64,000 bases of DNA from assembly GCA_030390025.1 (NCBI GenBank), contig CM059431.1, forward strand, positions 135,782,001 to 135,846,000, written 5' to 3'. This DNA is from Squalus acanthias. Its lineage: Eukaryota. The notes under the pieces are model-generated. The model searched no databases and was not told the DNA's origin. It worked only from the letters and a program-made list of their open reading frames with translations. Made by a program: the position numbers and the translations under genes. Positions 1-13,100 of this stretch are shown here, piece after piece; positions within the stretch are counted from its first letter, which is position 1; every line of letters starts with the position of its first letter.

Positions 1-893
1 AACAAGGAAATGGCAGAGCAATTAAACAAATACTTTGGTTCTGTCTTCATGGTAGAGAACACAAATAACTTCCCCGAAATGCTAAGGAACTAAGGGCCTA
101 GTGAGAAGGAGGAATTAAAGGAAATTAGTATTAGTAAAAAATTAGTGCTGGAGAAATTAATGGGACTGAAAGTTGATAAATCCCCAGGGCCTGATAATTT
201 GCATCCCAAAGTACTAAAAGAGGTAACCATGGAAATAGTGGATGCATTGGTTGTCATCTTCCAAAATTCTATAGATTATTGAACAGTCCCTGCAGATTGG
301 AGGGTGGCAAATGTAACCCCACTATTTAAAAAAGGAGGGAGAGAGAAAACAGGGAACTGCAGACCGGTTAGCCTAACATCAGTAGTAGGGAAAATGCAAG
401 AGTCTATTATAAAGGATGTGATGACAGGACACTTAGAAAATATCAACGGGATTAGACAAAGTCAACATGGATTTATGAAATGGAAATGGTGTTTGACAAA
501 CCTACTTGTGTTTTTTGAGGATGTAACTGGTAGAATAGATAAGGGAGAACCAGTGGATGTGGTGTATTTGGATTTTAAGAAGGACTTTAATAAAGTCCCA
601 CATAAGAGGTTAGTGTGCAAAATTAAAGCACATGGGATTGGGGGTAATATACTGGCATGGATTGAAAATTGGTTAACAGACAGGAAAGAGAGAGTATGAA
701 TAAATGGGTCTTTTTCGGGGTGGCAGGCGGTGACTAGTGGGGTACCGCAGGGATCAGTGCTTGGGCCCCAGCTATTCACAATATATATCAATGATTTGGA
801 TGAGGGAACCAACTGTAATATTTCCAAGTTTGCTGACGACACGAAACTAGGTGGGATTGTGAGTTGTGAGGAGGATGCAAAGTGGCTTCAAGG
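1..893 (+). mobile_element. CR1 LINE ORF2 (RT) fragment, degraded
   Basis: ORFs 304-699 and 730-939 carry CR1 RT motifs ([40 protein letters not shown]); in-frame stops; ends abruptly at ~893. Confidence 0.93.
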
Positions 894-3585
894 CGCGAGT
901 TGGCTAGGATGGACTGGGGAACGTTACTTAAAGGGTTGACGGTGGATAGGCAATGGCAAACATTTAAAGATCGCATGGATGAACTACAGAATTTGTTCAT
1001 CACTGTTTGGCATAAAAATAAAACAAAAAAGGTGACTCAACCGTGGCTAACAAGGGAAATTAGGGATAGCATAAGATCCAAGGAGAGGGCATATAAATTG
1101 GCCAGAAAAAGCAGCAAACCTGAGGATTGGGAGCAGTTTAGGATTCAGCAAAAGAGGACAAAGGGATTAATTAAGAGGGGGGAAATAGAGTATGAGAGTA
1201 AGCTTGCAGGGAACATAAAAACTGACTGTAAAAGCTTCTATAGATATGTGAAGAGAAAAAGATTGGTGAAGTCAAGTGTAGGTCCCTTGCAGTCAGAATC
1301 AGGGGAATTTATAATGGGGAACAAAGAAATGGCAGACCAATTAAATACATACTTTGGTTCTGTCTTCACAAAGGAGGACACAAATAACCTCCTAGAGATG
1401 TCGGGGAACATAGGGTCTAATGAGAGGGAGGAATTGAATGAAATCAGTATTTGTAGGGAAATGGTGTTTGGGAAATTGACGGGATTGAAGGCCGATAAAT
1501 CCCCAGGGCCTGATAATCTACATCCTAGGGTACTTAAGGAAGTTGCCCTAGAAATAGTAGATGCATTGCTGGTCATCTTCCAAAATTCTATAGACTCTGG
1601 AACAGTTCCCATGGATTGGAGGGTAGCTAATGTAACCCCACTATTTATAAAAGGTGGTAGAGAGAAAACGGGGAATAATAGACCGGTAAGCCTGACATCG
1701 GTAGTGGGCAAAATGCTAGAGTCCATTACTTGGAAAACAGTGACAGGATCGGACAAAGTCAACATGGATTTACAAAAGGTAAATCATGCTTGACTAATCT
1801 ACTGGAATTTTTTGAGGATGTAACTGATAGAATAGATAAGGGAGAACCGGTGGATGTGGTGTATTTGGACTTTCAGAAGGCTTTCGATAAGGTCCCACAT
1901 AAGAGATTAGCGTGCAAAGTTAAAGCACATGGGATTGGGGGTAAGGTACTGACTTGGATACAGAACTGGTTGGCAGACAGGAAGCAAAGAGTTGGAATAA
2001 ACGGGTCTTTTTCTGAGTGGCAGGCAGTGACTAGTGGGGTACCGCAGGGATCGGTGCTAGGACCCCAACTATTCACAATATATATTAATGATCTAGACAA
2101 GGGAACTAGATGTAATATCTCCAAGTTTGCAGACGACACAAAGCTGGGTGGGTGTGTGTGCTGTGAGGAGGATGCAGAGAAACTCCAGTATGATTTGGAC
2201 AGGTTGGGTTGTTAGGGAGAAATTAATTCACTCCAGTATGTGTTGATAGGTAAAAGCAAACAATTTATTAATATTCAGAGATCGCTGGGAGAGGTGTCAT
2301 AGACCTTACCCAGCCTAGTGACCACGGCTTCTCGACCTCCGTTGTCAGTTACAACCTTTTATTTAAGAATTATCCAATCACATTGTTACAAAATATCACA
2401 TGATTACAATTATGTCAATTCAAACTAAACCGGTTAATTCCTTATATTTCTTATCTTTGTCAGCAACAAACTAAAACCAATTATCCAATTACATATATAT
2501 GCAGCAAGCAATGTTTGTTGGAACCACATTTTATGTCTTGCCTGGGTGCTGGGTCATATCTCATTCTCACACTTGTCCATTGTATTTCTCTACAGTTGCC
2601 CATTGTATTCTGTCCTTGAATGAAGCTAGGCATCCAATCCTTATCATCCACCTGGTTGCTTCTTATTCTATTTTGTACATAACTTCCATTCCCTTTACAG
2701 CTAAGAGAGGTTTAATTTAACATGAGTTCAAATTAACCCTTTCAGGGTGATTGGGCAGATGCATGGCAGATGCAGTATAATGTGGATAAATGCAAGGTTA
2801 TACACTTTGGTGGCAAAAACAGGAAGACAGATTATAATCTGAACGGCAATGGATTGGGAAAAGGGGAAGTGCAACGAGACCTGGGTGTCCTTGTGCACCA
2901 GTCGCTGAAGGTAAGCATGCAGGTGCAGCAGGCGGTTAAGAAGGCAAATGGTATGTTGGCCTTCATAGCGAGAGGATTCGAGTACAGGAGCAAGGATGTC
3001 TTGCTGCAGTTGTACAGGGCCTTGGTGAGACCACACCTTGAGTATTGTGTGCAGTTTTGGTCGCCTTATCTGAGGAAAGATGTTCTCGTCATGGAGGGAG
3101 TGCAGCGAAGATTCATCAGACTGATACCTGGGATGGCAAGAATGACGTATGAAGAGAGATTGGGTTGATTAGGCTTATATTCGCTAGAGTTTAGAAGAAT
3201 GAGATGGGATCTCATTGAAACTTATAAAATTCTAACAGGACTAGAGAGACTAGATGCAGGAAGGATGTTCCCGATGGCGGGGGAGTCCAGAACCAGTCTA
3301 AGGATAAGAGGTAAGCCATTTAGATCTGAGATGAGGAGGAATTTCTTCACCCAGAGAGTGGTGAACCAGTGGAATTCTCTACCACAGAAGGCAGTTGAGG
3401 CCAATTCATTAAATATATTCAAGAAGGAGTTAGATATATTTCTTAAGGCTAAAGGGATCAAGGAATATGAGGAGAAAGCAGGGACAGGGTACTGAATTTG
3501 GATGATCAGCCATCATCTCATTAAATGGCGGAACAGGCTCGAGGGGCCGAATGGCCTACTCCTGCTCCTATATTCTATGTTTCTA
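894..3585 (+). mobile_element. 5'-truncated CR1 LINE with 3' UTR, split by a solo LTR at 2210-2744
   Basis: ORFs 882-1793, 1730-2215, 2770-3168 and 3199-3495 are consecutive ORF2 pieces; reading resumes exactly across the insertion (LDRLG/DWADAWQM); ends in a TTCTATGT-type tail. Confidence 0.93.
2210..2744 (-). mobile_element. Solo LTR, 535 bp (ERV/LTR retrotransposon)
   Basis: TG...CA ends (minus strand TGAAAGGG...CCCTAACA); perfect 4-bp TSD GGGT at 2206-2209 and 2745-2748; minus-strand AATAAA at 2264-2269. Confidence 0.85.
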
Positions 3586-3599
3586 AGGTAATTTAGACA

Positions 3600-4415
3600 A
3601 TCTGAAGTTATCCACTTCGGTAGGAAAAACAGAAAGGCAGTGTATTATTTAGATGGTGATAGATTTGGAAATGTTGATGTACAAAGGGACCTGGGTGTCC
3701 TTGTACACCAGTCACTGAAAGCAAACATGCAGGTGCAACAAGCAGTTAGGAAGGCAAATAGTATGTTGGCCTTCATTGCAAGAGGATTTGAGTATAGGAG
3801 CAAGGATGTCTTACTACAGTTGTACAGGGCCTTGGTGAGACCACACCTGGAGTACTGTGTGCAGTTTTGGTCTCCTTACCTAAGAAAGGATATACTTGCC
3901 ATAGAGGGAGTGCAGTGAAGGTTCACCAGACTGATTCCTGGGATGGCAGGACTGTTGTATGAGGAGAGATTGGGTCGACTAAAGCCTGTATTCACTAGAG
4001 TTTAGAAGAATGAGAGGGGATCTCATTGAAATGTATAAAATTCTGACAGGGCTAGACAGACTGGATGCAGGGAGGATGTTTCCCCTGGCTGGGGGGTCTA
4101 GAACAAGGGGTCACAGTCTCAGGATACGGGGTAGGACATTTAGGACTGAGATGAGGAGAAATTTCTTCACTCAGAGGGTGGTGAACCTGTGGAATTCTCT
4201 ACCAGAGAAGGCTGTGGAGGTCAAGTCACTGAATATATTTAAGAAGGAGATAGATAGATTTCTAGACAGCAAAAGGCTTCAAGGGGTATGGGGAGAGAGC
4301 AGGAATATGGTATTGAGATAGAGGATCAGCCATGATCATATTGAATGGCGGAGCAGGCTCGAAGGGCCGAATGGCCGACTCCTGCTCCTATTTTTCTATG
4401 TTTCTATGTTTCTAC
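3600..4415 (+). mobile_element. CR1 LINE 3' fragment
   Basis: RDLGVLVH, RPHLEYCVQFWSP and FFTQRVVNLWNSLP motifs; 3' UTR and (TTTCTATG)n tail. Confidence 0.92.
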
Positions 4416-4416
4416 G

Positions 4417-4655
4417 TGAGGAAAATCTTTTTTACGCAGCGAGTGGTGAGGACCTGGAACTCGCTGCCGATGGAAGTAGTGGAAGCGAAGACACTCAATG
4501 TTTTCAAGGGGAGACTGGATATGCACTTGAGGGAAATAAACTTGCAGGGCTATGGGGATAGAGCGGGGGAATGAGACTGATTGGATTGCTCTACAGAGAG
4601 CTGGCATGAACTCGATGGGCCGAATGGCCTCCTTCTGTGCCATTATGACTCTATG
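4417..4655 (+). mobile_element. CR1 LINE 3' end, second subfamily
   Basis: [14 protein letters not shown]...QGYGDRAGE, followed by the 3' UTR GGGCCGAATGGCCTCCTTCTGTG. Confidence 0.85.
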
Positions 4656-4664
4656 TCCTCAGGC

Positions 4665-4840
4665 CAATTAATCAGTTTTGAAGTGTTGTCGCTGTTATTA
4701 TGCAGGTACACACAGCAGACAAATTGCACACTGTGCACAAACAACAGATGAGATTAATGACCAGTTAGTCTTCTTTTGAAAATGTTGATTGAGGGAGGAA
4801 TGTTGGTCATTCGAATAGTGTCTTAGGATCTTTTAGGTTG
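4665..4840 (-). mobile_element. Old SINE fragment, possibly DeuSINE/SacSINE1-like
   Basis: Resembles, from memory, the shark Deu-domain SINE body (TTTTGAAGTGT...AATGACCAG...GTTGATTGAGGGA); no alignment run. Confidence 0.45.
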
Positions 4841-6111
4841 AGATATGGTCCAACAGCTGCTATAAAATCCTCATTTTTTTAATATGTAGAGATAAATACT
4901 GTGCATTATTCATCTTTATAAACTTTCAAGTTGCGATCCATATGATGTACCTGGATCTATTAAGGGCAAGTAGTGTTTTATGAAATCTGACAATATTTCC
5001 ATTTAAAATTGGAAATGTGCCATTGGACATCCTGTGTCACAATCAGTCTGTCAGGAAAGTTGCATTCTTCAATTGGTGGAATTGAGGCTGTTGTAAATTT
5101 GAAGTTTCCATGCTTTCTTCCTCAGAAATAATTCCTAACGTAGGTGTCTTGGAAGTCTTCATTTAATATGACAGGTTCAATTATACTTATCCCCTCTAGG
5201 CCTTTTACTACCACAGTCACGGAGGCAGACTCGTTTTATTAGCATGGCAGCATTTTCCCCTATGCTTGAAGTACCTCAGTACCCTGGGGATAGTGCAGTG
5301 CTCATATTTTGCTTTCAAAATTTCAAAATATTTGTCTGGGGAAGGTTGCTTTGTTGCTTCTTTATTTTTTCTTGCTTTGTGTGTTCTAGAGCTGACAAAA
5401 GCAAACTGCAGTCCCAAGAAATGTAGGATCACTTAATGAATTCTATTTTAGCTGTTACTTTTTAACATTTATTATGGGGCAATACCAAGCAGAAATGTAT
5501 CAATGAAATTTGAGGTAGGTGATGAATCAAAATATTTTGTTGCAAATACTCTATAATATGGCACAAGATTCTTATAAATAGAATGGAAGGGAACATTGTT
5601 GAATTCTTTAGAATTGTGTCTAGATTCAGGGGCCTCACTGCTAATGGAACCTCAAACTCAAGATTTGGCTGACTTACTGGAAGGGGATCGAGCTGGGAAC
5701 ACTGATTTACCTAGTCGAAGATGGGTGACACCGATTTCTGGGAGTTAAATGGAGGTGGTCCTACAAAGCTGCGTTGTCCAACCTCAAAATGATTGTGGGG
5801 GTGGGGTGGGGGGGAGGTCAAGACCTCCCTCTGATCTTTATAACCACCACTGATAGCACCTCCCATTTACTTTATAGTCCTGCCACTATAGTCAGAGCTG
5901 TTGTCAGTGGCAATTTTGTAAAATAAAGTGAGCATTAATAGGGTCTGAAAGGATTCCCACGTGCTGTTACTGTGCTGCCCTCCATCTGTCTGTGCAGCTT
6001 TGTTACTGTCTCAAATAACAACCCCAATGTCCAACTTGTATTGGTTTAGTTAATGGAAGCAAAAATCTAGCTTGAATTTCAATGAATTCTGGAATGAGCT
6101 TCAAAATTCAT

Positions 6112-6306
6112 GGGGTAATTTTCTAATTTTGCACCTTGAGCGAGAAATCTCACCAACCAGAAACCCATGCCGGAAATTAGGGTCTGCATTGCCCGAAAAT
6201 AATTTAAAAGGGCAGAAAATCATTCACAGCGTGGCCTCAAAATTGCTGATACACGCTCCCAGTGGGCAAGCCTTGTCGAGGTTGCATGAAGTCATAAAAT
6301 TGTCCC
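6112..6306. mobile_element. Short Harbinger-type MITE
   Basis: Imperfect TIRs GGGGTAATTTT / AAAATTGTCCC, similar to other MITE ends in the window. Confidence 0.45.
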
Positions 6307-6793
6307 TTATATTTTTGTCATAGACCTACACATTGAGTCTGTTGCACCATTAATGTAATAAAGTAAAGCTATTATTATATAATATTAAAATACTATTGCA
6401 TGAGCAATTATGCCATTATTTTTTTTAACGACACAAAGTAATCTTCTTCAATATTATCAAATAGCAACAATAACTTAATTTGTAATTTTAATTCTTATTA
6501 GCAGGAATTCAGGCCTTACTACTTACTATTTCAGTACTCTTCTTTTTCAATGTTTTTCTTCCACAGTCGAGGTCCCATTCCACTCAACCTCTCTGTTTTG
6601 CACAACCCACAATCTCTGTTCCCCTACTCCCAATGTAGCTGCACACCAAGATCCCTAGCCGCTCTGCCTCTATGACACCTTCGGCTGCTCAGTCTCTATT
6701 TCCAAACTATCCCTTAGTTTGTTCGTCTTACTGCTCCCTGGACCCATACTCTACTCTTCAGCTCGTACTTTAGATTAAGTATGGGCAACATCA

Positions 6794-7418
6794 CATCTGT
6801 TACTTTTTTATATTGCCAGACATGCCATTAAAACACCATTTTTTATCAGCTCACATCAGCGATATTTTAAAACTATCACAACTCTAGCAATGCATGATGT
6901 AGGTATTTTATTTTATATACTAGAAAATGGTGCCAGGTGATGCCAGTTATTAGAAAATAAAAATCTCTTGAGAGACACTAGAAGTATGACACATATTCCT
7001 GAAGCAGTCTTCCCTTTACATTTTTCTGTCTGTGGTCCTTATTTTTTTTGGATGCATTTGACATTTAAGCTGACAACTCCAAGCTACTATCAGCTGGTAT
7101 TGCAGTTTGTTGCATTAAAGCATCTCTGATGACATTTCCAAGTGCCATCCAGTGACATAATGGTCAACAGAGAGACCCAGCTAAAGCCATAAGAAGAACT
7201 GAATATGTTCAGGAACTGCAAAGGTCCTGCCTAATCTAAAAGATTGAATGAGCAGTGTGGGTTTGTTGTTAACTGTGGTCTTTCTATATTTGCAGCTACT
7301 ATAAAACTAAGGTCACTTCATCTGTTACTTTTTTATACTGCCAGACATGCCATTAAAACACCATTTTTTATCAGCTCACATCAGCGATATTTTAAAACTA
7401 TCACAACTCTAGCAATGC
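6794..7418. repeat. 100-bp direct repeat (6794-6893 and 7319-7418)
   Basis: CATCTGTTACTT...CTCTAGCAATGC present twice with one visible mismatch. Confidence 0.9.
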
Positions 7419-8051
7419 TTTATATATCTAAGGTACTGATTTAATTTCCTTATATAGGCAACAAAATTATTTTCAAACAGAAGTTTTATTTGGAAACGAC
7501 AGCAGCTGTTCTTTACACTGATATTGCTTTTTTCTGTCAGTTTATTTGAAAAGTTTGAACTTTGTGGGAATGTTTCAGCAAAAGAGCTTGGATAAAGTAA
7601 GAGGTGAGATTTTCAGTATTATGACACCCAGTTATTGTAATTTCTTTAAAGTTATTTGCACTTAATGCTAACCCATTCCTTTCCAAAAGAAGCACATTTT
7701 GATGCAAAAAACTTTCATCTTCATCAAATTTTGCTTTGTGTCAGCATATCAACCCAACACAGTTCCTGACATCACCCAATAATGTATTATCATTGGCTAT
7801 TTCTTGCTGATCCCAAATCAAAAAATATGACAAAACTTGTTTGGGGGCAGGAGGGTTGTCATATGTTTGTCCAATTTTAATTGTGAAAATTTTTCATTAC
7901 TTTATCCTTCTGTTTTATTGTTGTTTTTATTACTTGCCATTATCTTTCTTTTAAGCTTTTAATACAAAATCTTTTAGCTGATAAATATGCACTTTAAAGG
8001 ATGCTGGAACACAAGTGATAAATGCATCACAAGAATGAAATCCAAGAAATC

Positions 8052-9689
8052 TGTAAGGGGTTTTGGTCGTGCTTGTATCGCAGCCGGTGCTGGTGCGGGG
8101 TTAGGCCTTCGTTGCCTAATACTATTGCTTGCTCTGGTCTCCGGCCAGCCTTGTTGCAATAAGCACCTGTGAGTGGTTCGACCCACTCGCCCTTACGGTT
8201 CTAACGCTGGACTTAGGTGCGAGAGCAATAATGCAGAGAAAACTCAAATAGACCCGGTTGAATAGTACGAAATCGAAATCTTTATTGCATAGCGTCTAAA
8301 ATCATGAAGTACATGTCATAGGCACAAATTAACGATAGTACAAGTATACATACATTCATAAAGCTTGGTCTATGGTAATGAAGAACGCACGGCACAGTAT
8401 AAAAAGGGGAACACATTATACTTTATCCTTAATAAAACCACCCTCCCCTATCAATCCCTACACTATATCTAGATTTGTAGGATCGGGAAACATGCTCACC
8501 ACTCGTGATACTTCGGAGGATTTTAAAGTGAGGCGCTCGGCTCGTTTCGCTGCAGCGCCTGACTGTCACGTGTTTGGAGGGGTCTCTGTCCGCCACTTGT
8601 TTATCTTCTCTGCTGCGACAAGCAGGCCAGACCCTCTTTTGTCATGAAGAACTCTGTAGAACTCGGACACGTTTGTAGAATTCAAACAAGAGTCTTCCTG
8701 TACCAGTTCGTGGAGTAACCGGTAAAATTCGAAAATGAGTTTTCTATTTTCGGGCGCGGTCGGGGTTTACTGACCGCGGCGGCACGTGGCTTCTTCTTCT
8801 TCTCGTCTCGTCTCGTTTCGTCTCTTCAGGCCTTCGGGTCCAGACACCGTTTACCGACTCTCGGGATGGTGCACCCGGTCACTTGCCTTTGTTGAGGCGG
8901 CTCGTTCCGTTTGAGCTCCACCCAACATTCGAATAACCGACCAGTACGGCTAAAAGTCAACCAAGTCCAGCTCTCAAAAGAGCTTCAGCAATCAGCGGCC
9001 AGATAAGGGTCGATTCCAAGCGGATCAGAGGAAATACGAGCGTGATGCACGTTTGTTCACTATAGTTATAGTGCTGTGTCTCCTTATCTCCCGCCCAAAA
9101 CTTAATGTCTTTTCTTTGTGAAATATTGGCGCTCCAAACTCCCAGCATGGGGCGATTCTTGTCTTTAATGGGTTTCGGTAGCACCTGAAACTGGCCAACT
9201 ACCCGTTAATGTTTTCCCCATTGTTGATCCAGCCAGGATCGTCTGAATCGTCTCCCTGACTGGTTTTGGGGGCCCCCGAATACTCGTTTAATCACCCGAG
9301 AATGGCTCTCTCATTGTAGAGCCGTGGGGGTATTTGTGTATTTGATCTGTCTGGATGGGCCTTCGATTGCCCAGTACAATGAACCTTACTTGTGCATGGA
9401 AAACGATTCCAGCACTCATATCTATTGCTATTGTTTCGAATGCAAACAGGTTGCATCCTGTCTTTATCAATGTTTGCTGAGTATTATCCAATCTTATACT
9501 GAAATGTTTATTCGAACGCCATCTTGTCTGCCCACTGAAAATTCTGGAAGCTTCTGTCACGATGCGCGGCGGCCATTTTACAGGCTTCTGTGTCCGTTTT
9601 AATCATGACAGCATTTCGTTTAAATAAACTGATTAAACGAATCTGTTTCTCTCTCGTTATTTTAAATCACGATAATTGCGAACTTTACA
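8052..9689 (-). mobile_element. Long solo LTR, 1638 bp
   Basis: TGTAAG...TTTACA inverted ends; 4-bp TSD AATC at 8048-8051 and 9690-9693; CpG-rich; minus-strand AATAAA at 8281-8286; both ends recur at 33159-33382 and 33785-34105. Confidence 0.85.
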
Positions 9690-10155
9690 AATCAGAACAT
9701 AATATTAGTCTTTATGCTTACCATCTAAACCCTGAGATTAGAGTCAAACTCACTGGAGTCACCTGATATGATTTATATTGTTTATCAAACATGGAATATT
9801 TTGAAAATCCTATTGGTTTAGTACTGAAAGTGTTCAGTTTCTTGAAAAATGGCCCAGAATTTGCTGGAGTGGGGTATCTCACAGTGTGCCCTGTTAGTTA
9901 GAGTTGTCACCCTTCAGTGCAAAAATGTTTTACCCACAAAATTGCTGGACGTGCAGGCTGATAGAGTATAACATAGAGTACAAGAGTAAAGAAATATTGA
10001 AAAAATTATATAAAACATTAGTTGGGCCATAGTTACAGTTACTGTGTGCAGTTTTAGGCACCCCATTATAGAAAGGATATTAAAGTCATGAAATACAGCA
10101 TAGATTCACCATGAAGATGGAAAATTATCGCTATGGGGAAAGACTTGAGACACGA

Positions 10156-13100
10156 GGGGGGAGAATTTTCTCATTGTTTTCAGCATATTAGCGGTGAATA
10201 AATCAGGCAATAAATCAGGCAGTAGCCATTTCCGCCTGTTTCTCACCATTAATTCACTTCGACCGAGTTTTCTTGTGCTTTTTGGCTTTTCCTGTGATCG
10301 ACCCGCCAGGTTTCTTCATTTCCATATATATTAATGAGGGCCAAAGGTGCTATAGCTCTCCATTTCTTGCTTTAACACTCGCAATGCAGTCAGAGTAACT
10401 TAGACTAAATTCATAAGGTATAGCTGCTGCCAACGTTAGCTGAGACAGGAGGAGTTTTGGAGCCTGAAAAGTCTGGAGAGTTTTACTAATCATTTCTGGA
10501 GTGATCTTTTTGCCATTCTGACTGTACACACCTGGACTTGCTTCTCACTCCTTCTGACAGGGTCAGACCACAGGCAAATTTTGATCCCTCCCCCAACATG
10601 CAGTGGGAACTTCTCAGGAGCAGGTATGAGATTCCATTTTAGCAGGTCTCTTGCTGCTGGTCTCTGCAGCAATTTATGGGTGGGCTTCAGTCTGCTGTCA
10701 TCTCCCTCTTCATCATGATCTTCTTTGTCAACTGGGAATTGACCAGGGGGTAGTTAAGTCTCTATTCTGTGTCCACCTCCCCATTTCATCATCACCTTTT
10801 CCTCGTTGCTGTGGTGAATCTGCAAGAAAGGAGATAGAAGCTAAGAATGGGTGAGAATTATCCCTGTGGGATTAAGGAGACAGAGAAGTGGGTGGAAGCT
10901 TGTCTCTGTGTGGTGTTTCACAGAGATGCCAGGGCAACAGTATAGGTGTTCAGTTATTAACCTAGTGCGAGCAATATGTTCTGGATCTCAGCAACTCCCA
11001 CGGCAAGACAAAGTGATTCCCCGTGGCTTCTATTGTATTGTATTAGAGAGATCTAAAGGTGGGGATACCCCCACTGGTGCTCTGCCTTAGATATTGTGTG
11101 CCAATATCGTGCAAGAAGATAGAGTGACTGAGAGGAAGACTACAGTTAAAGAGTGTGTGCCAAGTGGCAAGGGAGAGGTGAAGTAAGAGATATAGGGATA
11201 TCAACTTGTAAAAATGAAGGAAGGGGATTTAGGGTTGTGGATGTAATTAATTACTATTAGGGCAGCTGAATAGCCATAGTATGAGATCCTGAGTTAGAGC
11301 CCCCCACCCACTTTACCAGAATGCATTGTGAAGTGTTAGCTGTACAAATGTTGCTTTAAGGGGGTGAAGAGTTGCTGGTATCTAGGGTGGGCAAAGAAGA
11401 AAATGAGAGAGTGCCTAGTCACTTTGCCAGCCATGGTGAGGTCATTGAATTTCTTGTGGCACTGGGGGTGAGAGAAATGGCACTTAGTGCGAGTGCTACC
11501 TCTGTTCAGGTGGCATGAGTAACATTACTGGCAGCCTTGCTGGTTTGGATATGGAGGAGTCTTTGGGCTCGATTTTGCCATTGGGGGCGGGCTGGGGCAT
11601 GTCAGGTGGTTTTCATGTCAGGACCCCGACTCTGATGTGAAGTGGGAAAAAAGTGCGATTTTGCCCTAATTGGGCACTTGATTTCCAGCGTGCGGAAACC
11701 CCTGGCCCAATGAGTCTTTTCTCCGATTACGTCATCAATGCTGCTGGAATTAAGGCCTGCAAGCAGCCTTGCTTCTTCTGGAGACTTTAAACTTTATGCC
11801 CATTGTTGTGATCGCTTCATTCAGCAACTATGTCCACCAGTAGGCCAAAGTGTGCTCCAAGGTTCAATGAGGCCTCCCTCCAAGCTCTGGTGGAGGGAGC
11901 AAGATCAAATAAGGAGGTGCTCTTCCCTTCCTCAGGGAGGAAAAAGCATCCCCAGCAGACTAAAGCTGTGTGGCTGTGTGGCTGCAACTCAATCTCTATG
12001 TGCCGCAGAACCTGGCTGCAGTGCAGGAAGAGGTTTTATGACCTTCTCCACACAGGAAAAGTGAGTATGACTTTCCCATCACCCTCAATCTGATCCCCAT
12101 CGACTCTCCTCACCAGCACTCTGCTTTGCCAACCTCTTCCTCCACATCCCACTTGACACTTACATCCCTGCACCCTTACCCATTCCCTCTCTCTATGGTC
12201 ACATTCACTTAACTATTCGACCATACAGCCCCACACTCCCTATCACTGTGATGCAATGACAACAACTTACAACACACAGGGAGTAGGACTTCCAGTGCAG
12301 AAACGGGTCCTCATGGCCCCCCTGAAGTGCAGCAAGGTGCTGTCAAGCCACTTGCTAGCTCTGAAGTGGGGTTGACCCATGAGAGGGATGTTGGTGGCAG
12401 ACAACAAGGAAGTGGCGACTCCTCTCCAAGTGCTCACACGACCATGCCACTGCAGAGCCCTCGGTCAGACCCCCATCAGAGTCCTCACCCAACTGAGATG
12501 GGTGTCTCATCCCCTGCACAGCCGCAGGAGTAGAAGACTGTTGCTGAGCCCGCACAGGTTCGTAACCCCAGAGGACGGCTGCCAAAGGTGTCGAGACAGG
12601 AGCAGCAAGAAAGTGAGCAAGCAGCCTCCACATCTGCTGAAGCCACAGAGGAAGCACCACGTAGGAGCACGCGTAAGAGGAAGATAGTGCACAAGTAGTC
12701 ACAAGGGTAGCCACTTGGGTGTTATGTTGTGTTTATTTTTGAAATGCCATCAGTTGCTTGTTGTGATAAAAAAAAGTCTGATGGCAAACTGTTGAAGTTG
12801 TGGCCTGTGTCATTTTGCAAATGGGACTTCCACATTGAGAGCTTAGAGCGCCTTGCAATTGTCAGTATGGTGGTCAGAGTGATAGGAATCCGCAGGTTCT
12901 TGTCCATTGTCGATGCTCTGGTAAGAAGGTGCGAGGCAAAAGTGTTTGATTGTGCAGGCTGAACAAATCTGGCCAACATGAGTGCGTCCCTTGCATCCCG
13001 GGCAGCAATGTGGTCGCGCGCTGGCGCTTTCTGGCCTGTGCAGCTTCAGGTGGGTGAGCAGCAGCTTGGCGCTCCTGTTGTTGCTGCTGCTGTTGGTGCT

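Noticed and set aside
5000..5432. Candidate host exons (ORFs 5217-5432 and 5244-5426)
   Set aside because: No recognisable protein and no convincing splice-site pair.
7974..8186. Near-identical 70-aa ORFs here and at 33706-33918
   Set aside because: They result from the shared LTR end and run out into unrelated flanking sequence.
8812..8832. Minus-strand CTGAAGA..GAAAC, hammerhead-like
   Set aside because: Only ~3 nt separate the core motifs, so stem II cannot form.
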